64,000 bases of DNA, from positions 236,597-300,596 of the forward strand of contig JAIOOX010000002.1 in assembly GCA_021414225.1 (NCBI GenBank). Reading direction: 5' to 3'. A program made the translations under genes and the position numbers. The DNA is from Candidatus Vogelbacteria bacterium (lineage in GTDB: Bacteria; Patescibacteriota; Minisyncoccia; Phycocordibacterales; XYD1-FULL-46-19). Below, one piece after another: positions 46,472-55,709 of this stretch; position 1 is the first letter of the stretch, and each line of letters starts with the position of its first letter. The notes below the pieces were generated by a model that was not told the origin of the DNA, searched no databases, and was given only the letters and a program-made list of their open reading frames with translations.

Positions 46472-47346
46472 GATTTTCGACGTTTTATTTTGATGATCAG
46501 ATATCCGACTAAACCAGCAACTATAACCAAGACTACAAAGATAATTGTTTTTAACCAATTAGAACCACTATTCAGTTTGATTGTTTTAATTCGTTCATTA
46601 CCAGCATTATCAATCGCTTTGACTTTAACTGTGCTGGTTAATTTTTGATTTTGTAAAACGTAAACATTACCCGACTTAACCGTCTCAAATCCACTTTCGG
46701 TCACTTCATAATCTTTTATTCCCGACTCATTGTCCGAACTATAAAAACTAATAAAATATTTACCATCGTAAAGAGTTAGGTCCTTACCTAAATCAATATT
46801 AAAACTCTGAGGAGCCAAGTCATCAGACGATACCAAAGTCGATAACTCGTCATCGTTGTTTGGAGTTTTTAGAACTGATAACTTAACCGGCAAACCCGCC
46901 ACCACCACTTTAGTCCCAAGACCATCATTTAGATAAGCACTGACCCCCTCAAAATCCAACTGAATAGCTTCCGTTGTTTTTGGTTTAATCGCGATCGTAA
47001 AAACATTTAAGGCTCCCCCAAAAACCCCAGATTGAGTACCACCAGCAAAAGCAATTATATTTTTATCTAGAGACGGTTTAATTGGCCACAGATTAAAAAT
47101 TGAGCCACCGGTAATAATAGAGACAACATCATCAGAAGAACTTATTTTTATCTTTCCTTCTAGAGCATTAATTTCTCTAGTTTTATCTTTATTCTCTAAT
47201 AAAATTTTGACCAAACTAGTTTTACCAACTTGTAGTGGTTGTTGAGGTGGTTGAACAGTGATAGTTAGAGCTTGAAGATAAAAAACAGGCAACAAGAAAA
47301 CAGCCAGTAAGCTAGTGAGGTACAAAGTTTTGTTTTTAATATCCAT
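46468..47346 (-). CDS. cell-surface protein with signal peptide and C-terminal TM anchor
   Basis: A 292-aa ORF with an N-terminal signal (LYLTSLLAVFLLPVFYLQALT) and a C-terminal TM plus basic stop-transfer (IIFVVLVIVAGLVGYLIIKIKRRKS). Confidence 0.5.
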   Translation of the reverse strand: MDIKNKTLYLTSLLAVFLLPVFYLQALTITVQPPQQPLQVGKTSLVKILLENKDKTREINALEGKIKISSSDDVVSIITGGSIFNLWPIKPSLDKNIIAFAGGTQSGVFGGALNVFTIAIKPKTTEAIQLDFEGVSAYLNDGLGTKVVVAGLPVKLSVLKTPNNDDELSTLVSSDDLAPQSFNIDLGKDLTLYDGKYFISFYSSDNESGIKDYEVTESGFETVKSGNVYVLQNQKLTSTVKVKAIDNAGNERIKTIKLNSGSNWLKTIIFVVLVIVAGLVGYLIIKIKRRKS

Positions 47347-47358
47347 ATAATTTAAGTA

Positions 47359-49839
47359 TTAAATAGCTCGGCCAGCCGTCCCCCATTGCGACAACAAGAT
47401 AGAGAAGTCGATCGAGTTAACAATATTGTCACGATTAATATCGACACAAGTGTTTTTAAATGGCGCTGGTTTTTTCCAGAACGATAGCAGAATAGAAAAG
47501 TCGACCGAATTAACTTTACTATCACCGTTAAAATCGGCTCCTTTACATGTTCCAGGGGTCACAGTACCACCAGATGGGCCTCCACCACCACCTCCTCCTC
47601 CACCGCCACCAGAACCACCACCTCCCCCACTAGTTGGAGCGGTGGCTGTAAAACTACGTGAAGCTCCAGAACTTTCTGTTCCGAAGTAAACAATCATCTT
47701 GAAGTAATAATTACCAGCGGTCGGCACATCAGCTGTCAAAGTGGTATTGAAGTCTTCACCAGCATTTATGTATTTAGCTGCCACCCCGTGGAAGATGTCA
47801 TCTCCTCCGCCACAGACGTCGCTAGCACCAGAAACTACACACCATTCATATTGATATTCATATCCAGTCGAACCTTCGTTCGTAATAGTGACATTGGCTG
47901 CTACCTGAGGAGTAACAGAATCAGAGATACTATTAATGATCACCTGGGCTGGAGCGGTTACGACAGTCCAATAATCATTACCTGGCAAAGTTTTACCGGT
48001 TTCAACATTGGCTGAGAAGACACTCTCCCATGTACCAGCCGGAGCGTTACCAGCGGTGGTGTAAGAATAACTATAAGTACCAGTCGCTGTTCTGGTCATG
48101 GCTACCGCATTAGCAATCACGTTACGACTAGGATCATAGATAGTAACAGTCGGCACGACGAGTGAGTCTGTTAATGTGCCGTTATAGATAGTAGTAATAG
48201 TTGCTAAGTAATTACTGCCGGCAGTGATACTACCAAAGTCAGAAGTAGAAACTGTCCACGGTGATTGAGATGACAATGTCAGTGAAGTTAGAGTTCTGGT
48301 TGTGGCGTTCCAAACATCTGTAGCTAAAGCACCAAATGAACTTAATGTTCGACTAGAATAACCCCAAACTGAACCTGGTAGGGTCGCCAATAGTGACGAT
48401 GAGGCATTACCTACCACTGTGTTGGTATTAGAATTTACAGATGAAATAACAGAAGCAGTTTGAGTATTGGTATTACTATTTACAACCGCAGCAACACTGG
48501 TCGACGCCGTTAAGATTGAACTGTTAGTGTTGGTATTAATGTTTGATTCACTAGTAGTGATGGCGGCGGCGAGTGATGATGAAGCGGAGTTAACATCAGA
48601 CAAAGTAGCGAGTGATCCAGAAGTTAGACCAGCCCCAGTGAGAAACGGTGTCAGTATTAGCATTCACTGCTGAAGTGACAGCCGCTGTTTGAGAGTTAGT
48701 GTTAGCGTTGATGATGGCCGCTAATGATGAAGACGCAGTTAGGATACCACTGTTAGTGTTGGAGTTGATTGCTGATTGACTGGTAGTGATGGCGGCGGCG
48801 AGTGATGATGAAGCGGAATCGATAGCACTTAGTACCCCACTGTTGTCACCGGCCGCAATTAATGAACCAATTGAAGAAGATGAAGTTAGGATAACTGAGT
48901 TAAGCATCGCGTAGATTGATGACGACGCTGAAGTGACGGTTGGCAAGATAGCAGCTGGAATGGTAGCAAGCAGTGATGACGAAGCGGTTGTGATTTGAGT
49001 AGTGATCACCCCTTGAGAAGTGGTAAGAGCGCCATTTAAGATCGCCACCACACTAGATGAAGCGGAAGCGATAGCTCCATCAACTGTGGTGAAGCGAGTA
49101 CCGAGAGTTGAAGCGAGTGATGATGACGCCGTTAAGATTGAACTGTTAGTGTTGGTATTAATGTTTGATTCACTAGTAGTGATGGCGGCGGCGAGTGATG
49201 ATGAAGCGGAGTTAACATCAGACAAAGTAGCGAGTGATCCAGAAGTTAGACCAGCCCCAGTGAGAAGATAGATCCCGGTAAAGTAGCAAAGAGTGAGGAG
49301 GAAGCGTTATTAATAGTGTCATAAAGAATATTATCATTACTATTTAATTCATCTGTCGTCGCCAATGATCCACCGTTAATAGTGGCGTCAGTCAAAGTAC
49401 GGGTTGAACTCGCCCATACAGCCGAAGAAATTGTACTACTGGATACAATCACCGCCCCTACTGAAAATGTTTTATCAACTTTGACCAATTCCCCACCAGT
49501 ACCACAACTCATACTGGCTGGCCAAATACCTTCCGGACCGATCGCGGGAATAGAATAATCATACCAATGCCATCCACTTGCCGCCTCACTCATCGCCCCG
49601 TTAGTCACAACAGCACCCCCACTTGGATCATAAATATTAGCGACACAATCTTCAGTCGAAGGCGTAAAATCATCTTCATAGACAAACTCCCCTATTGTCG
49701 CAGTGGTACCAGGAGCAAATCTCTCATAAGCCGCATAAACGGTAGTAGAAAAACCAACAATTAAAAATAGAAAAAATATTCCTAGAAAAAATCTGGTTGA
49801 AAAAAGATAACGCAGTTTATTAAATTTTCGGTGAGACAT
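47359..49839 (-). pseudogene. repeat-rich secreted protein with C-terminal dockerin-like domain, interrupted by two frameshifts (three ORFs: 49839-49246, 49225-48596, 48663-47359)
   Basis: The ORF 49246-49839 carries the signal peptide (MSHRKFNKLRYLFSTRFFLGIFFLFLIVGFSTTVYA). The middle and 3' ORFs carry tandem repeats of SASSSLAAAITTS(E/Q)S.INTNTNS.ILTAS. The 3' ORF ends with a Gly linker (GGGGGSGGGGGGGGGGGPSGG) and a type-I dockerin duplicated motif (DFNGDSKVNSVDFSILLS ... DINRDNIVNSIDFSILLS). The frame breaks lie just outside two 142-bp perfect direct repeats. Confidence 0.5.
48503..49266. repeat. two 142-bp perfect direct repeats (48503-48644 and 49125-49266) inside the dockerin-protein gene
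   Basis: The 142 nt gacgccgttaagattgaactgtt...ccagccccagtgagaa are identical at both positions, about 620 bp apart. A further diverged copy lies near 48720-48800. Confidence 0.7.
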
Positions 49840-49956
49840 TTAAATTAGAAATTTAATTACTCATAATAATACTTTATATTGAGTTTGTTATCAACATATT
49901 TTATGTACGAAAATCAAAAAAGTTGGGTATAATTTAAACATTGAATTAATCCCCAG

Positions 49957-50613
49957 ATGCTTAAAAAAATTCCGGAAAAATATTCCTTCAAATTAGTCTC
50001 TCTATCGGAGCTAAAGAATCTTTCTAGTTCGAAAGATTCTTTAGCTGTAAGCAGTGGCCTTGAAATTTCTCCAGAAACAATTCCAGCGACTAGTTCTCCC
50101 GATCAAGAAATAGACAATAATAAAAGAAACTTTCTAAAAATTGCTGGTATTGCTGGTCTTGGTCTAGTTGCCTCACAAATTCTACCCAAAAAAGCTGATG
50201 CACTCATCATGGGTAGCACCCCGTCATCAAGTGTGGTTGGTATCAAAGATGACACCAATACTCGAATTAATCCGGCCACTGAAGAAACTCTGACTTCCCT
50301 ACTCACCGGACAAGGAGTGACCAAATTAACAACCAGTCTCGCCGCTTCCGGCAACGTGCGCACTCCAGCCTCGGGCAAAAAGATTCGCGTCTATGCCTCA
50401 CGCTTCTCCCTCACCGCCGACGCCACTTCAGTTTCTTTTCGCTTCACCGCTGGTGGCACAGATTATGAAAAATATTTAGCCCCAAAAACTGGCGGACTGT
50501 ACGGATCAAATAATCATCCTAATTATGTCGAGGGTGGGGTGGATGAAGTGTTATACTGCAATATTGCAGGAACAACAACCGTGCAGATTAATATTGATTA
50601 TTTAGAAGTTTAG
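49957..50613 (+). CDS. hypothetical protein with internal Tat-like motif (KRNFLKIAGIAGLGLVASQ)
   Basis: A 218-aa ORF. A K-R-x-F-L-K motif followed by a hydrophobic stretch and AxA-like ADA resembles a twin-arginine signal, but it lies about 55 aa from the annotated start. Confidence 0.35.
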   Translation: MLKKIPEKYSFKLVSLSELKNLSSSKDSLAVSSGLEISPETIPATSSPDQEIDNNKRNFLKIAGIAGLGLVASQILPKKADALIMGSTPSSSVVGIKDDTNTRINPATEETLTSLLTGQGVTKLTTSLAASGNVRTPASGKKIRVYASRFSLTADATSVSFRFTAGGTDYEKYLAPKTGGLYGSNNHPNYVEGGVDEVLYCNIAGTTTVQINIDYLEV

Positions 50614-50627
50614 TTTTGTAAATTATT

Positions 50628-53276
50628 ATGGCTATACGCGCTGTTGAACACATCTTTAACGGAGACACGACCCCAATCGCTTCTTACGATTCAACCAAAA
50701 CCAATTTGGGTACTTTGATGATTCAAAAGAGTGGCCCCAACCCAGAAGATAATTTCGTGGGGCCACTACCCGTGGCAGTAGCGAGACCAATGGAAGAATC
50801 AACTGGTGTTGCAATGGTGTTTCCTCATGCTATCACCTACAGTGATACGATAGACTGGGTTTTTCTACTCGAGAACGGTGTTGCCGCCGCGAAACGTATC
50901 TTCCTTTACGAATACAACAAATCACTGGCGACATACAATTGGAAGGGATTTATTACCATGACCACTCCCACAGCTACCAACGTCAACCGTGGCTTCCGCG
51001 CCCTTCGCTACCAACACACCACCGGCACAGTAGCTGTCGCTGCTCCAGTCTCTGTTTATGCTACTGGTACAGTCACAGTTTCTCTCGCGGGCTTGGTCAC
51101 TCACTCTGCTACTGGTTTTTTAGCTACGTACGTTGGTAAAATGATTGGTTTTGGCAGTACCAACGTGGCTCAGATTAATTGTTGGTATCCAATTATTTCT
51201 TTTGCCACCACAGCTACCATGAACATCTTGGGTGCCTCGAGTGCGTATGCCGCTGGTACTGCGTTTGTGATTGCGGATTGTATTGTGACTGGAACCGGAA
51301 CCCTGTTTCAGACAGATGGTATTGCTGCAGGAACCGCTACCACCGCCATCGCCGGTGGTCTCGGGCCACGCATTGGCTTTGGCTCAACTGATCCAACCCA
51401 AATCACACAGTGGTACCATATTGGACAGATTAACAGTGACACTTCAATTGGCCTCACCACTTCACCAGGCGTCATTCCTGCCGGTACCGCTTATGTTATC
51501 GAAGAGCTTCGTTTTGCTCTCACATTAACCAACACCACTGTCGCCAACGGCGGACTCTATCTCCTTAAAGGTGCTGGCTACCATGACTTCACCACTGCCG
51601 GTTCGACTTTTCCTTCAATTACAAGTTCGGTCAATGACCAGAGAGGTGTGTATTGGCTCTCCGACGCCGGCACCACTGGTAACGTTGTTACCAACCAAGC
51701 GGCCTGTGGTCTCGCTATTGATACTGAGCTCAATAAAGGCTTACATTATGCGTACGTTCTGGATGGTATTGGTTCTACATTTATGCGCTGTTTCCGCTAT
51801 AACTTGCGCGCGACTGGTACCATCACCTCAGGTAAAATGTTAATGAGCATTGCTTATACGACCTCGACTTCATCAGCCACAACCGTAACCGTATCAGGCA
51901 CAGGTGTAACTGCTTCAGGCGCCGTCTTTACAGCATCAATGGTAGGCATGCAAATAGGTTTTAGCACCACTAGCCCTGCCAACGTAACCACGTGGTACAC
52001 AATTGCCTCATTTACTTCTTCTACTGTTGTCACCCTTTCTTCTTCTGCCGGAAGTATTGGACCAGGAGCGGCTTTTATTATCGACTCAGCCGACGTGATT
52101 TCGACCGCCCCTCAATTAGTGACTGGTACTGTCGTCGGCGTAAATAATGGTCGTGTTGGGACCCTTACTCATGGCCCAGGCGCCAATGAAAAATCATTGT
52201 ATTTTTTGACCGTAACTCGTATTTATCGAGCGGCAATTTCTAAAATATTTTCCGGCAATTTGGGCTGGATCTCTGACAATCGACCAGAAATTCCACCGGG
52301 CTCAGTGAGCACGTTTGCTGCCACATCTTTACTTAACGTAATTGAAATTTCAGATGCTATTGATCGACTGATTGTGCTTACTACAGGAGCTGCAGGTATA
52401 AAACACTATGTCACTCGCTATCCGGCAGTAGCAGGAGACCAGTTTGACCGGTTTTTTGGACTTGATGATAAACAACAAGACCAATCACTCGCTGATCCTA
52501 ATGCTCCGATTCATTTTAATACCGCCTCTCAAGTAACTTCCATTTGGAGTGAAAATGGCATCGCCCATATCGTAAAACATGGTGCGACAGCAGCCCTCTG
52601 TCAGATGTATGCCCTACCACTTGGTGCTCACTGGTTTTATGCAGAATCAACTAACCAGCGAGTAATAACACCTGAGATATTTACTCCTGATTGTAGCTCA
52701 TTCAGAAGAATGCTAACTTCGGTTGTCGACCACTTAGGGAGCGAGGAATTCCGTATTCCAACAGCGTCAACCTTCTCCTTTTATAGAACGAGTGGAATCA
52801 CCGACAACACTGGTTCTTGGACTCGGTTACCAGAAGATGGCGATTTATCAGGCCTCTCACCTTCAAGTAGTATTCAATTTATGTTTGAATTTACCACCAT
52901 TAGCCTGCTCTGTGTTCCTGGTAGAATTATGTCTCTGGCACTGCTCTATGATGATTACTCAACCGATTCTCATTACCAGCCATCAAGCGGTAAGACGGTC
53001 GAGGCTGATAAACAATTTGCGTGGCGTTTCTCCACTGCTTTTGGTTCAGCCGTACCAACATTACGAATCCGCCTCTTCGACGCAGTTACTGGTGGACTAC
53101 TTGTCGATGACGATTCAGTCACTCAGGCCGGTGATTGGGAAAAAACAGTCGATGGTGGCACTAATTGGATATCGTATGATGCTACCGATAAAGGCAATGA
53201 GATCACCTATATCCGCTACACACCAGCAACTTTGCCAGATAACATTAAAGTCAGATCCTTGCTGACACAGAATTAG
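50628..53276 (+). CDS. large paralog 1 of a tandem triplet (882 aa), novel ~75-aa internal repeats, no signal peptide
   Basis: A conserved N-terminal head (MAIRAVEHIFNGDTTPIASYDSTKTNLGTLMIQKSGPNPEDNFVGPLPVAVARPMEE) is followed by repeated GT.xV.GTAVTG...IGFGST.P..IT.WY.I......I.L.SS.G.I..G.AYVI units. The C-terminal module (HYVTRYP...DDKQQDQS...IQFMFEF...DSHYQ...YIRYTP...VR.LLTQN) is conserved in all three. Confidence 0.6.
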   Translation: MAIRAVEHIFNGDTTPIASYDSTKTNLGTLMIQKSGPNPEDNFVGPLPVAVARPMEESTGVAMVFPHAITYSDTIDWVFLLENGVAAAKRIFLYEYNKSLATYNWKGFITMTTPTATNVNRGFRALRYQHTTGTVAVAAPVSVYATGTVTVSLAGLVTHSATGFLATYVGKMIGFGSTNVAQINCWYPIISFATTATMNILGASSAYAAGTAFVIADCIVTGTGTLFQTDGIAAGTATTAIAGGLGPRIGFGSTDPTQITQWYHIGQINSDTSIGLTTSPGVIPAGTAYVIEELRFALTLTNTTVANGGLYLLKGAGYHDFTTAGSTFPSITSSVNDQRGVYWLSDAGTTGNVVTNQAACGLAIDTELNKGLHYAYVLDGIGSTFMRCFRYNLRATGTITSGKMLMSIAYTTSTSSATTVTVSGTGVTASGAVFTASMVGMQIGFSTTSPANVTTWYTIASFTSSTVVTLSSSAGSIGPGAAFIIDSADVISTAPQLVTGTVVGVNNGRVGTLTHGPGANEKSLYFLTVTRIYRAAISKIFSGNLGWISDNRPEIPPGSVSTFAATSLLNVIEISDAIDRLIVLTTGAAGIKHYVTRYPAVAGDQFDRFFGLDDKQQDQSLADPNAPIHFNTASQVTSIWSENGIAHIVKHGATAALCQMYALPLGAHWFYAESTNQRVITPEIFTPDCSSFRRMLTSVVDHLGSEEFRIPTASTFSFYRTSGITDNTGSWTRLPEDGDLSGLSPSSSIQFMFEFTTISLLCVPGRIMSLALLYDDYSTDSHYQPSSGKTVEADKQFAWRFSTAFGSAVPTLRIRLFDAVTGGLLVDDDSVTQAGDWEKTVDGGTNWISYDATDKGNEITYIRYTPATLPDNIKVRSLLTQN

Positions 53277-53279
53277 TCC

Positions 53280-55706
53280 ATGTCGCTACGCGCTGTCGAA
53301 CACATTTTTAACGGAGATACGACCCCAATCGCTTCTTACGATTCTACCAAAACAAATTTGGGTACTTTGATGATTCAAAAGAGTGGCCCCAACCCAGAAG
53401 ATAATTTCGTGGGGCCACTACCCGTGGCAGTAGCGAGACCAATGGAAGAATCGACAGCGGTGACAATGATTTTCCCATCAGTAATTACTTTTAGCTCAAC
53501 GGTGGACTGGGTTTTTTTGATAGAAAACGTTGCATCAGCAGCAAAACGTATCTTCCTTTACGAATACAATAAATCACTCGCGACCTACAATTGGAAGGGT
53601 TTTATCACAGCTACCACGCCAGCCGCTACCAACGTTGCTCGTGGTTTCCGCGCCCTAAGATACCAACACACGACCGGCACCGTCGCTGTCGCTGCTCCTG
53701 TTTCAGTCTACGCAACTGGAACAGTAACAGTCACGATCGCTGGACTAGTAACTCACTCTGCTACCGGCTTTCTTGCGACGTATGTGGGAAAAATGATCGG
53801 CTTTGGAAGCACGAACGTCGCTCAGATCAATTGTTGGTACCCAATCATCTCTTTTGCTACTACTGCTACAATGAACATCTTGGGCGCCTCGAGCGCGTAT
53901 GCAGCTGGTACCGCGTTTGTGATTGCTGACTGTATTGTGACGGGGACAAGCACTTTATTTACGACTGACTTGGTAGCCGCCGGCACCGGCGCTACCGCAG
54001 TTGCTGGCGGTCTCGGACCGCGTATTGGGTTTGGCTCAACTAACCCCGAGTTGATTACTCAGTGGTATCACATCGGGCAAATTAACAGCGACACCTCCAT
54101 TGGTCTCACCACTTCACCGGGCGTGATACCTGCAGGCACACCCTATGTGATTGAGGAACTTCGCTTTGCTATTGCCCTCACCAACACGACTCCTGCCAAC
54201 GGTGGCCTCTTCCTACTTAAGGGTGCCGGGTATCATGATTTCACTACTGCTGGATCAACATTTCCGTCGATCGCCACCTCAGTCACCAATCAACGTGGCG
54301 TATATTGGCTTTGTGATGCCGGAGCTGGAGCCGTCACCAACACCGCCGCCAACGGACTTGCTGTCGCTACTGAAGTAGATAAGCAAACCCATTTTGCTTA
54401 TGTCTTGAATGGCACCAACACATCAAATGCAGTTATATACAAATATAATCTACGCGCCAACAACACTGTAGCCACTGGAAAAATGCAACTCGCTGGTGCC
54501 AACATTGTTATCAGTGGTACCCAAGCGATAACCGGTACTATCCCCAACCAATCAGCGCAAAACTTGGAAATTGCTACTACGTCGCATGGTCCGGGGTCTG
54601 GCTCATCGTATTTATATTTTGTTACCACCACCCGCCTATACTGCGCCGCAGTCTCTGCCATCACTGCCGGCAACACCCCTTTTGCTGTAGCAGCTGCCGC
54701 TCGACAAGAAATCCCTCCAGGAGGGGTGGCTACTTTCCCCGCCACCGCAACAATGACCAACATCGCCTATCTCAACACTATTGATCGTTTTGTGATTACC
54801 AATTATACCGCCAACACATCACTTCGCCATTACGTTACAAGATACCCCGAGACCGATACAACACCATTTGATCATATTTTTGGTATCGACGACAAACAAC
54901 AAGACCAATCACTTTCTGATCCTCGATTGGCAATTCATTTCAATACTGGCGCTCAACTCTTATCGGTAGCAAGCAGTGAAGGAGTTATGCATATCGTGAG
55001 AATGGGTGCTACCGCCTTATTAAACCAATTATACGCACTGCCATTTGGAGCTCATTGGACATACGCTTCAGCAACTAGCCAGAGAATTATCACCCCATCA
55101 ATTACTACTACGGATTGTGTTAAATTTGATCAAGTACTTACCTACGACATTCATCATCTTGGCGAGGATGTCTTCGGATTACCTCCTGAAACATATCGAA
55201 TATATTATCGCACAGCCGACATCGGGAGCGACGCCACCAGCTCATGGGCACTTGTTGGTGAGGGCGGAGATTTATCGGCCGTGACTCCAGCCAACGCCAT
55301 TCAGTTTATGTTTGAGTTTTTCACCATTGGCGCCCTTTGCTTGCCATCACGCATCATGAAAGTGGCAGTCACCTATGAAGATGGCTCAACCGATTCGCAT
55401 TACCAATTATCAGCTGGCCTATCAGATATCACCAATGAGCACTTCACGTGGAGGTTCGCTCAACCTTTTGGTGGCACGGTGCCGGAATTAAAAATTGAGC
55501 TATTCAACGCCGCTACTAACGCTTCTATTTTTACCGATCCCACCGTCGGGCCAACCAATGGTGCTTGGACAAAATCAATTGATGGTGGCAGCAACTGGAT
55601 AGGCTACAATGATACAGACAAGACCAACGAGATCACTTACATACGCTATACCCCTAACTCCACCCTTGGGAGCATAACTGTCAGGGCACTGCTAACTCAA
55701 AATTAA
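53280..55706 (+). CDS. large paralog 2 of the tandem triplet (808 aa)
   Basis: It has the same head, repeats and C-terminal module. Its first ~170 nt are nearly identical to paralog 1, including a 97-nt block with 100% identity. Confidence 0.6.
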   Translation: MSLRAVEHIFNGDTTPIASYDSTKTNLGTLMIQKSGPNPEDNFVGPLPVAVARPMEESTAVTMIFPSVITFSSTVDWVFLIENVASAAKRIFLYEYNKSLATYNWKGFITATTPAATNVARGFRALRYQHTTGTVAVAAPVSVYATGTVTVTIAGLVTHSATGFLATYVGKMIGFGSTNVAQINCWYPIISFATTATMNILGASSAYAAGTAFVIADCIVTGTSTLFTTDLVAAGTGATAVAGGLGPRIGFGSTNPELITQWYHIGQINSDTSIGLTTSPGVIPAGTPYVIEELRFAIALTNTTPANGGLFLLKGAGYHDFTTAGSTFPSIATSVTNQRGVYWLCDAGAGAVTNTAANGLAVATEVDKQTHFAYVLNGTNTSNAVIYKYNLRANNTVATGKMQLAGANIVISGTQAITGTIPNQSAQNLEIATTSHGPGSGSSYLYFVTTTRLYCAAVSAITAGNTPFAVAAAARQEIPPGGVATFPATATMTNIAYLNTIDRFVITNYTANTSLRHYVTRYPETDTTPFDHIFGIDDKQQDQSLSDPRLAIHFNTGAQLLSVASSEGVMHIVRMGATALLNQLYALPFGAHWTYASATSQRIITPSITTTDCVKFDQVLTYDIHHLGEDVFGLPPETYRIYYRTADIGSDATSSWALVGEGGDLSAVTPANAIQFMFEFFTIGALCLPSRIMKVAVTYEDGSTDSHYQLSAGLSDITNEHFTWRFAQPFGGTVPELKIELFNAATNASIFTDPTVGPTNGAWTKSIDGGSNWIGYNDTDKTNEITYIRYTPNSTLGSITVRALLTQN

Positions 55707-55709
55707 TCC

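Noticed and set aside
47426-47689. Plus-strand ORF encoding PPPPPPPPPPPPEPPPP
   Set aside because: It is the antisense translation of the poly-Gly linker of the dockerin protein.
48503-49266. Possible CRISPR array
   Set aside because: The repeats are 142 bp, only two identical copies exist, they lie inside a coding sequence, and no cas genes are present. It is not a CRISPR.
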